From: a virus
Reading direction: 5' to 3' (one strand)
DNA: 64,000 bases
Virus record (IMG/VR): IMGVR_UViG_3300037882_004127
Location: 13,860-77,859 of that record
Both the position numbers and the translations under genes were made by a program. Position 1 is the stretch's first letter; every line of letters starts with the position of its first letter. The notes under the pieces are model-generated. The model was not told the DNA's origin and did not search any database. It saw nothing but the letters and a program-made list of their open reading frames with translations. Of this stretch, positions 10,299 to 22,731 are shown one piece after another.

Positions 10299-10847
10299 TT
10301 ACTGGCCTGAACTTCCAAAGCCACCCTTATTACGTTCAGTTTTATCCAAATCGTCAACTAAAACCCAATCAATACCTATATTTTTAACGGGACGAATTTG
10401 CATGATTTTATCATTTGCCTTATAACATTTATCCAAATTGACGCGCGCTCCTAAGCGATGTCCGTCAAAAATGGTAATATCACTCATTTGCACTAAATAT
10501 TTAAAACGAACCATAATTTGGCCGCGAAATCCATTGTCTAATGTGGGGCAAGAGTTTGCCATGATTAAATTATATTTGCTAATACTTGACCTAGGCAAAC
10601 CTTGAATCCACCAATCATTATAGTCTAAATAGGTATCAAATACAGTTAAGGTCTGTTGCGGAGCGATAAATAAATTAGTCCCATATTCAATATAATCAAT
10701 TTCGCTGTAAATGCCGCCGCCGATTTCATCACCCTTAATAAAGGGGCCAGATGTCGCAAAAACATCATAACAAGCATCTTTTTCCGTGTTTTTAACGGGT
10801 AGTTTTAAACCGTCAATTTTCTTAACGTGAATTTTAACTTTTTGCAT
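10299..10847 (-). CDS. dut: trimeric dUTPase
   Basis: DACYDV, PRSSISK, LDNGFRG, DKIMQ, RNKGGFGSSG motifs. Confidence 0.9.
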   Translation of the reverse strand: MQKVKIHVKKIDGLKLPVKNTEKDACYDVFATSGPFIKGDEIGGGIYSEIDYIEYGTNLFIAPQQTLTVFDTYLDYNDWWIQGLPRSSISKYNLIMANSCPTLDNGFRGQIMVRFKYLVQMSDITIFDGHRLGARVNLDKCYKANDKIMQIRPVKNIGIDWVLVDDLDKTERNKGGFGSSGQ

Positions 10848-11203
10848 ATTTTATTAATCTGTAAATTCCGCCAAACAATTTTCTTCCTTAATATCCGCGT
10901 AAGCCAACATATCTTTCACGGGCCAACTAATCGTGCAGTCCACCAACCGCCGGTCAAATTCCTTACGAGTAATAAGTTCGGCCATAGATTCGTCAAGATT
11001 CGCGCGGTCGAAACCATCATGATCAAGGATAGTTAGATTTTTAAACTCGGGCTCCTTCAACCAGTCGTGAGATGACCGAATCAACCCCGAATCTGTGGCC
11101 CAATCGCCCGTCGCCTCTGGGTGGAATTCCCAGAACATGCCGGAACTTTTTAATTTGAGATAAGTTTCCTTATCTATATTTTTAAGTCTCTCAATCATAA
11201 AAT

Positions 11204-11410
11204 TCAATAAGGTTTTTCGATTTCTGCCCAATAAATTACTCCAACCAATGGTTTTGATATGTGTCGCTCTTCCCAAAAATTCCCCTGTTCGTCAAGCCAC
11301 ACCACGAGGGCATAATTATTACTCCAAGCTGGATTTCTATGCCCATCAATCCAAACCAACACCTCTTTGCCGCGCTCTGGCAATTTATCTTTAATATTTA
11401 TCCAGTTCAT
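11204..11410 (-). CDS. DUF551-like small phage protein
   Basis: WINIKDKLPE...VLV...VIYW..I.KP pattern. Confidence 0.6.
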   Translation of the reverse strand: MNWINIKDKLPERGKEVLVWIDGHRNPAWSNNYALVVWLDEQGNFWEERHISKPLVGVIYWAEIEKPY

Positions 11411-12313
11411 GTTTATTTTCCTAGTGAAGTATAATATTTATTAATGTGCTGCGAAATAGTTTGGGGCGTCCATAAAGCCTTCATGAATTTACCTTTAAGA
11501 GCATCCTCGTCACTTAACTCGTGATTATCAATGACAATGCACCAACCTGATTTAACACGGTTTCGCCAGAATTCCATGTTCGGGTTAATTGCACTGATTA
11601 GTTTGTCCGAGAATAAAAATAGGTTATCGGGAATCTCAATAACATTTTCCTCGTACCATTTACCCGACTCTTTGTACCAGTCGTATTTAATTTTCATAAT
11701 TATTTATATTTATCAGCTTTAGGTAATTCGCCAATCGCCACGTAACGAACATATTCCGCCCAAGTCCATCCTAAATATTCGTAAATTTCACAATTAATTG
11801 AATCATCGTTGTACCATTCATCCATTGCCGAATCAACTTCTTCGTATGCAAGTAATCTTGGGTAATTAATCTTCATATAGCCCTTTCATTCCCAACGCCT
11901 TTCTCATCTCATCTGCCTTTTCCCCGCAAACGCACTCAAAATCTTCGCCAGTCCGGACCTCCTCTAAAAGTTCAGCGGCTTGTAATGCGACTAACTGAAC
12001 TTTTTCTAAATCTTCAATAATACGCGTGAGTTCGTCATCAGTCGGCAGAGGTATATCGCCATTTTTATTGAGTATGTATTTGAGTAATTTCTCAAGCGGT
12101 GTTTTAATATCATTTTCCATATTCAGTCCTCAAAATTCAATTCAGTTTCAGGGTCCAAAGGCTCGCCGCACGATGTTAAATAGGGGTTCCCGTCCTGATC
12201 GAAACGGATAGTTTCCGCGTAATAAAGTTCCCAAAGAGCGGTGCTAATAGCTTTTTCGCTCAACCCCTTAGCTGCGCATTTGTCAATAGCCTCTTTAATT
12301 GTTAGCTTTTTAT

Positions 12314-12670
12314 TCATGGTTTTAGTAAATCTGAATTTTGATGAATATTCCCGACCACTTCACATCTATACCAGCGTCTCTTATCAGCAAAAACATCAAT
12401 CCAAGTTAAATCTTCCCCCTCCAGATAAAAAGAGCCGTCCTCATTATCATATTTTACCACCGCTAAACCATCGCGATCATCATAAGAAACAATATCGTTT
12501 TCAAAAATTTGTTTTTTATTGGCATCTTTAATGCCTGTTCCGCGATCAATTTCAAAACAATCGTAAAAACCAATCGGTTTGGGTTCAACCAAGTCCCCAT
12601 TGCCATCCATCAAACAATCTTCCGGCTTAAAGAAGTAATCATCCTTAACGTTATAAACGCGATATTTCAT
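12314..12670 (-). CDS. YopX-family protein
   Basis: KYRVY, TGIKDANKKQIFENDIV, EVVGNIHQN. Confidence 0.8.
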   Translation of the reverse strand: MKYRVYNVKDDYFFKPEDCLMDGNGDLVEPKPIGFYDCFEIDRGTGIKDANKKQIFENDIVSYDDRDGLAVVKYDNEDGSFYLEGEDLTWIDVFADKRRWYRCEVVGNIHQNSDLLKP

Positions 12671-13053
12671 TTTAATAAATCTGGATTTTGATAAATGTTC
12701 CCGACAACCTTCATGGAATCATAAGCAACGGGCCAGCCACCATAAAAATCATACTCCTTCCAGTTTAAGTAAAACGGAGAAAAGGCTAAATTTGAATAAG
12801 TTTTCGCCCATTTTATTACAAGTAAGGGTTGAGGATCATCAAAATCAAACCATTGGATAATGTCACCCTCATAGATATTTTTCCCATTAGAATCGGTTCG
12901 CCCGGTCCAACGCATATATTCCGTTTGGAAACCTCCGTAGCCCCGATAATCGGTACAGCCAAAGAAGGCTTCCATTGAGAGGAAATCGCCATCATCTGAA
13001 TAGTGCATTGTATCCCCATCCCACGCGCGTAATTTTAGTTCGTTTATCTTCAT
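12667..13053 (-). CDS. YopX-family protein (start likely ATG 13053)
   Basis: KLRAWD, WTGRTDSNGKNIYEGDII, VVGNIYQNPDLL. Confidence 0.8.
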   Translation of the reverse strand: MKINELKLRAWDGDTMHYSDDGDFLSMEAFFGCTDYRGYGGFQTEYMRWTGRTDSNGKNIYEGDIIQWFDFDDPQPLLVIKWAKTYSNLAFSPFYLNWKEYDFYGGWPVAYDSMKVVGNIYQNPDLLK

Positions 13054-13614
13054 GTTTTTGACCGGATTTCCTGTGCTGTCAACTCCCCGCACATTAATCT
13101 CAATTGAGAATCAGTCGCATCTTTAATTTCTTTAGCGCGCTTAGTTGTCTCAATCTCAGCACTAAAATCATCATAATCGCCATTAAACATTGTCGGTCAT
13201 CCTTTCGAATTCCTCTGTTAACTCGTCACTGAATACCAACTCGTTAATCACCGGATAAGCAATCATACAAACAAACGCCATAACGCAGGGCGCGACCACA
13301 TACATTTCACAATTATTTACAATGTCATCCCCGCAAAACCCCTCCTTCTCTAAATATCCCAATCGCCCATTTTTGTAAACAATCCCGCCAAATCGCCCTT
13401 CATTCGCGGTGATTAGGCCAGCATAATTTAGCCCATTCAATTCGATTGAGTAAATAATTGTTGAATTTTTTGTGGGGTCGGGATCAACCTCATAATTGGC
13501 GCGAAAGGGGATTTGATTTTCTATAAAGCAGTTAACCACTTGGTTATGGATTTTTAACAGATCGGATTCTTTGATTTTTAGAGGATTAAACATGTGAGGG
13601 ATTACGTGGGTCAG

Positions 13615-13643
13615 AGTATGGGAGATTATTCTTGGGGTGTCAA
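13615..13643 (-). promoter_or_regulatory. sigma70-type promoter
   Basis: TTGACA-N17-CATACT upstream of the ORF starting at 13593. Confidence 0.6.
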
Positions 13644-15612
13644 GGGGGAAAGCGCCGCGTTAGGCTGAATTATCCGCCAATATGTTGCGATAACAGGTCT
13701 CAATCCATTCTTTGGCGTCCTCTAATTGAGAGTGCCCAAAAGGTGCCCAGTTTATTAGCTCGGGGTCGTGATCTTCGCGCCACTCAATAGCATTATTCAC
13801 CAATCTCTGTTTAAGGCGGAATTTGAAACCTTCTTCATAAGGGCTGGTTAAAACCCAGATGGAATTATCATTGTCGTCAAACTCCTCAATCCAATTATAT
13901 TCAGTAGGCATGTTTTCAAGTCTGGTTAAATCCGCGTGTTCAGTTTCCCGGGGGGCAATCTCAGCTTTATAAAAGTCGCCCAATAGCGGCAGGGAATCTA
14001 TATATTTTTCAAATGCCGGTGTGATTAATTTATTAAATTCGTCTTTAGCAGTGGCGACAAGCGATGGATCTTTCGAAGAGAGTCTGCGAACAATATCTTC
14101 ATTTGTCATTTTAGTAAAACCGCCACCTTGCCCGAGGCATACCATGAACGGAAGTCTTTATTTAAACCGACGAACCTTTTAACCGCTTCGTTGAACTCCG
14201 CAAATCCATTGAAGTCAGCCGGACATAAATCTTCTTGTCCTTCAACCGCTTGATCAATAATATCGGAAGCGTCTAAATTCAGGGTTGGGATAATTTTGTC
14301 AACTCCCCAAATGTACTCGGGCAATGGAGCCTCATCGTTCTCCTCGTTCACTTCTAGGTAATCATCAACCGTCTCATAATATTCTGATTCATCCCAAACG
14401 GGAAACAGCCAATTTGTCGCCGGAACTTTTGTCGCCAGTTCAAATTTAATCTTTTCATTCGCGCGCTACCATTCAGAATTCCCATATTGATTGAGTTTCT
14501 TTATTTCCTCCTCATTCAATACGTATTCAAGGATAATCTTATTTCTAGACCACTTACCGTCCGTCATAAAATACTTATTAAAAATATCTCCCGTGACCTT
14601 ATGCGACCACCAATCAGGAATTTCGCGGCCACTTTTCAAAATGGCGGGCTCAAATTGAGAGTTGCACAAATAAGATTCAATTTCGGCGAAACGGGCGGGG
14701 TCAAGCAAACCAGAATCACGTAATGAGGCAAAATTAGTAAAGATAGTCGCGTAAAGACTGGTTAGTTTTGGTTTATCGTTCATAAAATTAAATTATTGGG
14801 TCATCGACAAATATATAATCAGCCTTTACACCATTTTGTCTCGGCGTATAAATTTGGGACTCAATCAATCGAGTTTCCAAAGGAATGTCGGGCGCAAATT
14901 TTGATAGTTCGGAAAGAAAAATACCAAAAGTCAGACCTTTTCTTCCAGTGATTGTCTTGTATCTCTGATAAGCATCAGGCAACCAATCAAGGCACTCCCA
15001 ATAATCGGTCCTATTCGGAAATACTTCGGCGAATTTAATCAATTTACTCATGATCAATCCTCAAATGCGCTCCACCCTGAATAATACCAATAATTCATTT
15101 CGTCTTCCCATGTTGTATCTCGTTCATGGCCGGAGGGTTTAAAAAGCTCATGATAATCTAACCCATTTTTCGCATCATTAAACCCTTTATCATAATATTT
15201 TTTATAAGTTTCCCATGAGAAACTGTCATCTTCTGTTGGTGGTTCGTAAGCCATTTTAATCAAAGTTTAGGTTTTCCTGCAGCGTCTGAGGCTAATTGCA
15301 AATCAGTTGCTTCTTCGGGGAGGGTAAAATTAAGTGAGGCCATCATATTTAAAATTCTAAGCTTTCTTTTTTAATTTCAAGTTCCGCTCCAATTTTAGCC
15401 GCGATCATTTCAGCAACAGCCTTTGGAGTATCAATATCCTCCGTCCATTCTTTTTTAAAAGAGATTGTTTTCCCGTTTATTTCAAAATCGGCTCCATGGG
15501 TTCCGGGATGAAAATCCCAAAAATTACCAAGGAAAAGTATTTTTTTGCCAATTTTAATTTGGGCCATCTCAGTATCCCCGTCGATATATAATGTGATTTT
15601 ATTTTTCATAGC

Positions 15613-16062
15613 TTAATTGATCTGTAACTTAAATGGAACAATAAACTGTAATCGGCTAATTTTAACTTCGTGGTCATAAGCCTCATTCTCGGGATTTGGG
15701 TCATGAACTACCCTTAACTCGGTGCCTTGCTTATCTTTAACAAACTGCCCAACCACCGCGTGACTTCCGCCCGGGAATTTTTGTGACGGGACACTCATTA
15801 TACAATAGACGTTTCTTAAATGAGTCCAATTTAACGCGCAATACCACTTTAGATCGTTATGAAGATAAATTTCAAGAATGAATAAACCACGTTCAGCCAG
15901 CCATTTTCGCGCTAAATCCTCCGCAATAATCCCTTTTGAATGATCGGAGTCGCCGACAAAATTTGGCACATCATCCGCATTTAATTCGAGAATTGACGCA
16001 ATGCAACACCTCCAACAATCGCCTTTGCCTTGACTAATTACTTTTTGGTTAACAGGTTTCAT
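15613..16062 (-). CDS. papain/C39-like fold conserved phage protein
   Basis: Q...GDCWRCCIASIL, HAVV, VHDPNP (candidate Cys-His-Asp triad). Confidence 0.5.
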   Translation of the reverse strand: MKPVNQKVISQGKGDCWRCCIASILELNADDVPNFVGDSDHSKGIIAEDLARKWLAERGLFILEIYLHNDLKWYCALNWTHLRNVYCIMSVPSQKFPGGSHAVVGQFVKDKQGTELRVVHDPNPENEAYDHEVKISRLQFIVPFKLQIN

Positions 16063-17026
16063 GTTAAAAGGTTTGTTAGAAAATTAAGCCTACTCTCTAC
16101 ATTCTCTTTAGGGGAGAGCCTTAAAATAGGAATTGGATAGGAATCTTCGCCGTCCCAAGTCCAAGGGGTTTGTTCGGTTAGTTTAATCAAAACGCCAAAT
16201 AACTCGGGGTCCGATGGGGATGCGCAAATTTTAAATTTTGGATATTGATTCATGATTTATACAAATTATACATTTTTTCTATTTCTGGCTCCTCTATATA
16301 CTTTAGAATTTTTTCAACCTCAAAAGCCGATCCCCAAAAGAAAATGTTTTTTGTTTTTGCGTTTTTAGCCTTTATAAAAAGTTTCAATTTTAATTGGTTT
16401 GGTAAATTATAAATGCTCTCTTTATTTTTTACCTTTTCCTTCAAAAGGAAATTTATCTCTTCTATTTTCGGCTTATATTCTTTCGGGAGGAATGTCGTTA
16501 TTTCTTTATCTCCGGGCTCGTAAATTAATTTTAATAATTTTTCTTCAAAATAGACTTCGTAATAATTTAACCCTCTAGTGGGGACACTTCCTTTAACGAT
16601 CTCTTTAATCTTGGCTAAATTTTTCTCCTCAATATCTTCCCCGTAACGCTCAAAGTATCTTTTTCTTGAATGCGACCATTTAGCGTAATCATGGGAAAAC
16701 ATAATCAAATCATTTCTTGCTTGGCGGTCTTTTATCCAGTTCTATTTTAATATCAGTCATATCCAAGCCTCTTCCAACCAATCTTTTCGCCACTCTAATT
16801 TTCATCTGCTCCTTGGTTTCAGGTGGAGCCCAAGTTTTTGCGACAGTTTTCCGAAAGCCTTCTCCTCCTTGGGTCAATTCGCTCTTAATGTATCTGGCAC
16901 CGGAATTAAAACCAGACTCCCAAAATCTAATCAAGAAACCAATGGTTAATAATAATGGAGAAAATATTAAAATTAATACGATTAATATTCGGCGGAAAAG
17001 GTTTGATGTTATGTATGCAATAGTAA

Positions 17027-17401
17027 TCATTTAATATAGGGCTTCAAAATCTCTTCAATTTTATTCTTAATTATTTCCGCGTGACAAGGCTTAAATAACG
17101 GTGGCCCCGAACACCAGCATGCTAGCGCTATATTTTCCCCTCTATAAACGCGGCGGGCGATTTTCTTAGTTTCCTCTAACATCGGGCCATTGTTTAAACA
17201 GTCTTTCTCAAAGTCAACTCGATATTTATTTATCACATCAGCGCGCTCCGAATCATCTAAATGATTATGAAGTACATGTCGGTTTCCTAAAACTGGATTT
17301 TTGCGATCAACGTCAATTCGAACAAAGGAAGAATCAGCCTTTTCGCCACCCTTTCTTTTGGAAATTATTTTAATTTGGCCGAAGGACATAAAACACAACA
17401 T
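17027..17401 (-). CDS. DUF4326-domain protein
   Basis: R..VLGN, LACWC....PCHAEII. Confidence 0.7.
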   Translation of the reverse strand: MLCFMSFGQIKIISKRKGGEKADSSFVRIDVDRKNPVLGNRHVLHNHLDDSERADVINKYRVDFEKDCLNNGPMLEETKKIARRVYRGENIALACWCSGPPLFKPCHAEIIKNKIEEILKPYIK

Positions 17402-18736
17402 TTTTTCGCGCGGTCACGATAGATTTTTAACGAGAGATTATTTAAATGACGATTTTCTTCCTTGCTCGATCCATATTCCCGCCCCTCGCAATAATAACCG
17501 CCATCAGTGGCCTCGCAGCTTTCGCCCAAAACTCTCTCTTGATGTTGTAAATAAACGCAATTATTACAATTCTTTTTCATATTTAAATTCCCGTTCGGCT
17601 AAAATGATTTCGCTCCATAAATCACCAGTTAACCCAGTCTCCAACATTCTTTTATGTAATTCTTTCAAAACCCGCATCGCGTTCTTATTGACTAGACCAA
17701 TCTCATAACCCATCGGGATTATCGAACCATTTATAACCGGCCCCGTGCAAACCGAACGATCATATTCCTCGCATTTTTGATGATATTCAAGGGCGAGTTC
17801 GCGGAGTTTAAGCCTATCTTCATCCGGCAGCGAATTTAAATATTGATTAAAGAATCCCCCACTCATATTCCAAAATGATTTGTTCCAAGTTCCTCATCCA
17901 ACCGACAATATTCGGGCAAGCCATAATTTTTCTTTAATTGCAATGAGCAAAAAATAGCCTTATTAATCTCTGGGTCAAAAATAAATGAAATCTCCCCCTT
18001 TCCAACGCAAGCCCCTTTTTTTTTCCACCCTTCAAATGTTTGAAAGAACCGATCTAAAGTTTTTTCCGCGAAAAATAGTTGGTCCTCCGTGGAGTTAGGA
18101 TTCTTGATTAGGTCTTTCAATTGAAAATAACCAGATTTTAACTGATCTTTAAATTCGTTGGTCATGTTTATTCATTTCATCAACTTGCTTTTTAAATTCG
18201 GGGTCACTCTCGTATTTATCGAGAAGTTCTTCAAATTGTTTAATCACGGAATCGTAGAATCCCGTTAATTTCGCGCGCCTTAAATGAGGCTCGTAAGTTC
18301 CGGCCTTAATCTGTTTCCTGCGTTTGTGATAGCCTTTACTCATATTTAACCTCCCATTTTTCCGCGCCCACATCAACATAAATCTTTTTCATCTCTAGAG
18401 CTTCCCTATTTTGAGTATAGTTAAACCGGGGGTCGGGCGGAATATCGTAATGAAACCAGTCGCCGCCAATGATTGGGGAAACTCGGCTAGACGGGTCTTC
18501 AATATTTTCTACGTAAGCCGTTCCCTTTTCATCCCAGCCGCAATTGTTGTAAACTTTATCCTGATAATAAACTTCGGGGACTGTATAATAATCTAGCCAT
18601 TCCTCGTAAGTTAAGGGGATATCGTAATATATTTTGCGCGTGTGTTCGGCACGTTTAGATGTGTGGAAGGGGCCACTTAAGGTGCCGTCTTTTCGGTGGA
18701 AGTGATATTTCCCGCTGATAAAAGTTAATTCTGCGT

Positions 18737-19135
18737 TCATGTTTTAATTAACTCGGGGTTATCAAATATATTTCCAACCACGCGGCACTGCTCATTATAA
18801 TCATACAGCCAGATTAAGCATTCGGGATCATCAGGATCTTTCGTCATAAAACACCCATTATCAAAGACTACCGAACAATACTCTCCAGAGTCGCCGCCGC
18901 AATCAATGATGTCACCTTCGTAAATTTCTTTGCCTTCGGAATCCTTTAAACCAGTAAATTGCAACGCGACAATCCTATTTAAATCCTTGATTGAAACGCC
19001 ATTCAGTAAGTTGCCAAACATGATATTTTCGCCGAATAGGTTCACCCCGTCTAAACATGCCTCTGAGTGGGGACCATGAATCCATTTTTTGGTTTTTTGG
19101 TTGTAAACGCGAAATTTAATAGTTCGATTAGTCAT
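18737..19135 (-). CDS. YopX-family protein
   Basis: IKFRVY, QFTGLKDSEGKEIYEGDII, VVGNIFDNPELI. Confidence 0.85.
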   Translation of the reverse strand: MTNRTIKFRVYNQKTKKWIHGPHSEACLDGVNLFGENIMFGNLLNGVSIKDLNRIVALQFTGLKDSEGKEIYEGDIIDCGGDSGEYCSVVFDNGCFMTKDPDDPECLIWLYDYNEQCRVVGNIFDNPELIKT

Positions 19136-19138
19136 AAA

Positions 19139-21721
19139 TTATTCCTTATTCTCTTTCTCCTCAAGTTCCTTACGAATAGTGGACACTTTCAAAACGGTGG
19201 GCACTTCCTGTTCAATGATATCCGACACGAAGTATAGGATGTCGCCCGAGTCGAGTTTTTTCTTAGTGAGGTGGAATACACAAACCATACTCTCTTTAAA
19301 CATTTTTCCGCCGCGAGAGTCAAGCTGGAAGTCCATTACAGTTAGGGAATCGGTGTCGTCCTTTAAAGTATATTTAACGTAATCTTTTTTGTTTTTTGAG
19401 ACTCTTTTCTCAACCTCGCCGATTTGAACCACGGATAAGTAAGACTCGCGCGGGGGTGAAGGGGGGAGGGTTTTTATGGATTTTAAATCGTGGAGGTTGT
19501 TTATGTGCTTACTATAGATTGACTTAAGCGAATGTGAATAGGAGAAGCCTAGGTAATAGTTTTCGGCTAAATAAATCGTGAGAGCGCTGAACTTTTCATT
19601 CCGGTGGAACTTGGCGAAGAAGTCAGCAGTATCGCGACGCAAAGTAAGGATTCGCTTTTCTGAGATATGGAGTTTGCCTTTTTCGTTTTTTAGCTCGGTG
19701 GAGGCTAATTTAATGATCAGAGGAAGGTCATAGTTGTATTTTGGGCCTAGGCTATTGATGATGGGAAGCTCTCGGGGTGTCAATTCATTAAATATTTCGA
19801 ACTCTAAGAGGAGCCTATTTCTTGAGTTAGAATTAAAACTATCGAAGGTTCCGCTTAAAATAATAGACGAGATAACTCCCAATGGTAGTTTTGCATTTTG
19901 GCAACTCATGAAGAGTTCGAATTTATTGGTCGCAGTTGCTTTAAATGATTTGAGCTTTTCTAGATTGGCCGTAGACAAATTTCTTAGCGAGCTAATTCCA
20001 GTTCGGATATTCCCATCCTCAATCGTATACTCGAACCCACTCTTAATAATATCTGGCGCAAGTAATTTTATATTAAAGTGTTGGAGTTCTTTTTGAATCG
20101 CAGTTATTTCTTCTAATGGGGCAGCAAGTTCTTTCGTTCCGATAAGACAAGACCAATACCATTGAACTGGATACTTATATTTAAGATAAACTGTTAAAGC
20201 AGAAAGATACGCGGTACTCGCGGAATGTGCTTTGTTGAACGAGTAACTTGCGCTATCATTGAGTAACTTCCATAAAGAATCGGCTACAATTTTTTCAAAC
20301 CCGTTAGCTTGACATTTGTCATAAATTTTTTGTTCCCACTCTTTGACCTTTTGTAAGTCCTTCTTACCTACAATTTTACGAATTATTTCTGATTCGTCTT
20401 TTGTAAAACCAACAGCTACAGACATTTGCATCAGTTGTTCCTGATATAGTGGAACAAATCGAGTGGTCGCCAAAATTGAATTAAAAACTTCGTGAACTGG
20501 TTTTCCGTTATTATTTTTGTAAGTGCCTACATATGAAAGACTTCCTGGCCGAGCCAACGCATTTATATCACTCAGTTCGTTAATGTTTTTCGGCTTAATA
20601 CTCTCGGTAACTCCATAAGCGCAATCTGCCGAAATTTGATAAAGCCCATAAGGTAAGAGTTTACTATCTTGGAATTTATTATAAATAAACGGATCATCGT
20701 CCAAATTAATATCATCCACTTTCTCAGGAATAATATCTGCGACTCGTTTAATAATGGCATTTGTTGTAAGAGAAAGCAAGTCTAATTTTGTGGCGAAATT
20801 GCTCACGATTCTCATGTCATACGAGCTAACTATATCACCCTCTTTATTGATTTCCAATGGGATCAAGTCTGTTAATTCATAAAAAGATACCAAATATCCC
20901 GATGCGTGACTTGACGTGCTTCGCATAATTTCGCAAAGAGACTTACATACTTTAACTGTTTCAGAATGATTATCGGCCCATTCTTTGAACTCTTTATTCT
21001 CTTTATAGGTTTCCTCAATAGATTGAACGACTCCATATTTCATTTCAATCATGTCTGAAACTCTGTGAGCCTCAAACTCGTCCACTTCCTCTAGTGACTT
21101 ATAAACATCTTTAATTAAAATCTTGGTGGTAAATGATGATATATTGCTAATCTTGGAAATACAATTTGGGTAAACCTCTTTGAGCCAACTAACTATAGAT
21201 TCCCTGCCATTTCCAAGATTTAAATCTGCGTCCGCGAGTAAGTCCCCCTTTAAGAACAACTTGCCATCTATGATTTTTTTTCCATTGCGTGCGCGGCTAA
21301 CAAAACGCTCGAAAAACAACCCATGTCGAATTGGATCAACCGGAAAGCCAGTGATTTTTAATAACCACGCGACACAACATCCGCCAATAGAACCACGGCC
21401 ATAATCAATAAAAACCCCTAATTCACGGGCCTTGTTAATTACCATCCATACAAGCAATAGATAATCTACAAACCCCAATTCATCAAGAATTTCCAACTCA
21501 TATTCGATTCGTTGTTTGTATTTAGGATAATCTTCCTTTTTTACATGATTACAACGCTCTTTCCATCCTTGGCGACAGAGAGCTTTACAAAAATCTAAAT
21601 TAGAAACATTTTCTGGTAAATTAAGCTCAGTTTTTTGTTCTTTTGTTATATGGATTTCCGGTAAACGAATATAGCCATAATTTTCTATAGAGTATTTTGA
21701 AAAATTAGAAATAAAATTCAT
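19139..21721 (-). CDS. dnaE: DNA polymerase III alpha catalytic core (no PHP domain)
   Basis: GFVDYLL, GRGS, LFFERF, DAD and KLDLL catalytic Asp, HASG, LYQEQLM, YSFNKAHS. Confidence 0.95.
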   Translation of the reverse strand: MNFISNFSKYSIENYGYIRLPEIHITKEQKTELNLPENVSNLDFCKALCRQGWKERCNHVKKEDYPKYKQRIEYELEILDELGFVDYLLLVWMVINKARELGVFIDYGRGSIGGCCVAWLLKITGFPVDPIRHGLFFERFVSRARNGKKIIDGKLFLKGDLLADADLNLGNGRESIVSWLKEVYPNCISKISNISSFTTKILIKDVYKSLEEVDEFEAHRVSDMIEMKYGVVQSIEETYKENKEFKEWADNHSETVKVCKSLCEIMRSTSSHASGYLVSFYELTDLIPLEINKEGDIVSSYDMRIVSNFATKLDLLSLTTNAIIKRVADIIPEKVDDINLDDDPFIYNKFQDSKLLPYGLYQISADCAYGVTESIKPKNINELSDINALARPGSLSYVGTYKNNNGKPVHEVFNSILATTRFVPLYQEQLMQMSVAVGFTKDESEIIRKIVGKKDLQKVKEWEQKIYDKCQANGFEKIVADSLWKLLNDSASYSFNKAHSASTAYLSALTVYLKYKYPVQWYWSCLIGTKELAAPLEEITAIQKELQHFNIKLLAPDIIKSGFEYTIEDGNIRTGISSLRNLSTANLEKLKSFKATATNKFELFMSCQNAKLPLGVISSIILSGTFDSFNSNSRNRLLLEFEIFNELTPRELPIINSLGPKYNYDLPLIIKLASTELKNEKGKLHISEKRILTLRRDTADFFAKFHRNEKFSALTIYLAENYYLGFSYSHSLKSIYSKHINNLHDLKSIKTLPPSPPRESYLSVVQIGEVEKRVSKNKKDYVKYTLKDDTDSLTVMDFQLDSRGGKMFKESMVCVFHLTKKKLDSGDILYFVSDIIEQEVPTVLKVSTIRKELEEKENKE

Positions 21722-22731
21722 TTTGATAAATCAAGAAATAAAACCCTATCTTCGCAATTTTTTGCCACCGCTCTACAGTAAGAAATAAACTCATCTTGAC
21801 CGTAATCAAGTTTTAAAATATTAATAGTTTTGTGCAACCATTGAACATTGCCCTCTATATATCCTTTTGTTGAATCAATACGGTCTAAGGAGGCGGTTTT
21901 CTCAACTCCCTTACCAAAACAAATATCATAACCACTTAATGCACATTTTCTATTTTGGGAAAGAAATAAACCCCAAATATATTCAGCAGATATGTCAAAC
22001 TCAATGTTCCTATTTCTCGCCCCGAAACCAATTCTCCAAAAATCATTACCCGTTATCTCTCCCCACCCTTGAGTCTTATCACAGCCACAATTAGTGGTGT
22101 GCCCACCCGTTAAAGAATTAGTTCTAGCTGTTTTTCTTCCCCCACATTCACATTCGCACTCCCAAAAACTTACCAAACCTCCATTTTTTACCTCTTTAAC
22201 GATTCGATTAACTAAAGTCAATTTACCAAACTTTTGCCCTTTCAGATGGTCCGCTTTCATTTCTGAAACATCCGATAAAGAACGTATTAGACCCTCTCTT
22301 CTTAAAAATCTTTTTACTGTATCTTCACTGGAAAACCCCGCCTTCTTTACAATTTCAACACAACTATAACCCTCTTCGTATAAAGATGTGATTAGCTTTT
22401 CTTCTTTTTCTGTATATCCAATTAGCTTTTCTAAGCCCATGTGCCAAGCATGAACATAAATAGCTTGTTTGCTGCGTTTTAAATACGCGACAATCTCTTT
22501 AAAGGGGGTTTCGTAATAATTATCTTTTAAGTAATCCTCTTCTTCCTTGGTCCAAAGATTTAATTCAAACGGCTCTAATTCGCCCGATTTGATCAATCTA
22601 GTAACTTTGGCTTGAACAGAATTTCTCTTTCTGCCTAACTTTGCCGCGATCTCTTCGTTAGTTAAAATCTTATGATTGGCTTTCACAAAATCCAACTCAT
22701 CTTCGGACCACTTTATGTTTTCCTTAATCAT
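21718..22731 (-). CDS. HNH/His-Me homing endonuclease with N-terminal Myb-like repeats
   Basis: WSEDE/WTKEEE/YTEKEE repeats, GQKFGKLT..WECECECG..CGC, CALSG..SLDRIDSTKGY..GNVQW...IN. Confidence 0.85.
   Translation of the reverse strand: MIKENIKWSEDELDFVKANHKILTNEEIAAKLGRKRNSVQAKVTRLIKSGELEPFELNLWTKEEEDYLKDNYYETPFKEIVAYLKRSKQAIYVHAWHMGLEKLIGYTEKEEKLITSLYEEGYSCVEIVKKAGFSSEDTVKRFLRREGLIRSLSDVSEMKADHLKGQKFGKLTLVNRIVKEVKNGGLVSFWECECECGGRKTARTNSLTGGHTTNCGCDKTQGWGEITGNDFWRIGFGARNRNIEFDISAEYIWGLFLSQNRKCALSGYDICFGKGVEKTASLDRIDSTKGYIEGNVQWLHKTINILKLDYGQDEFISYCRAVAKNCEDRVLFLDLSK

Larger units (their letters stand above)
10854..18740 (-). other. array of small, tightly packed hypothetical phage ORFs
   Basis: About 30 co-oriented ORFs of 45-160 aa with overlapping stop/start codons. 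Confidence 0.7.
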
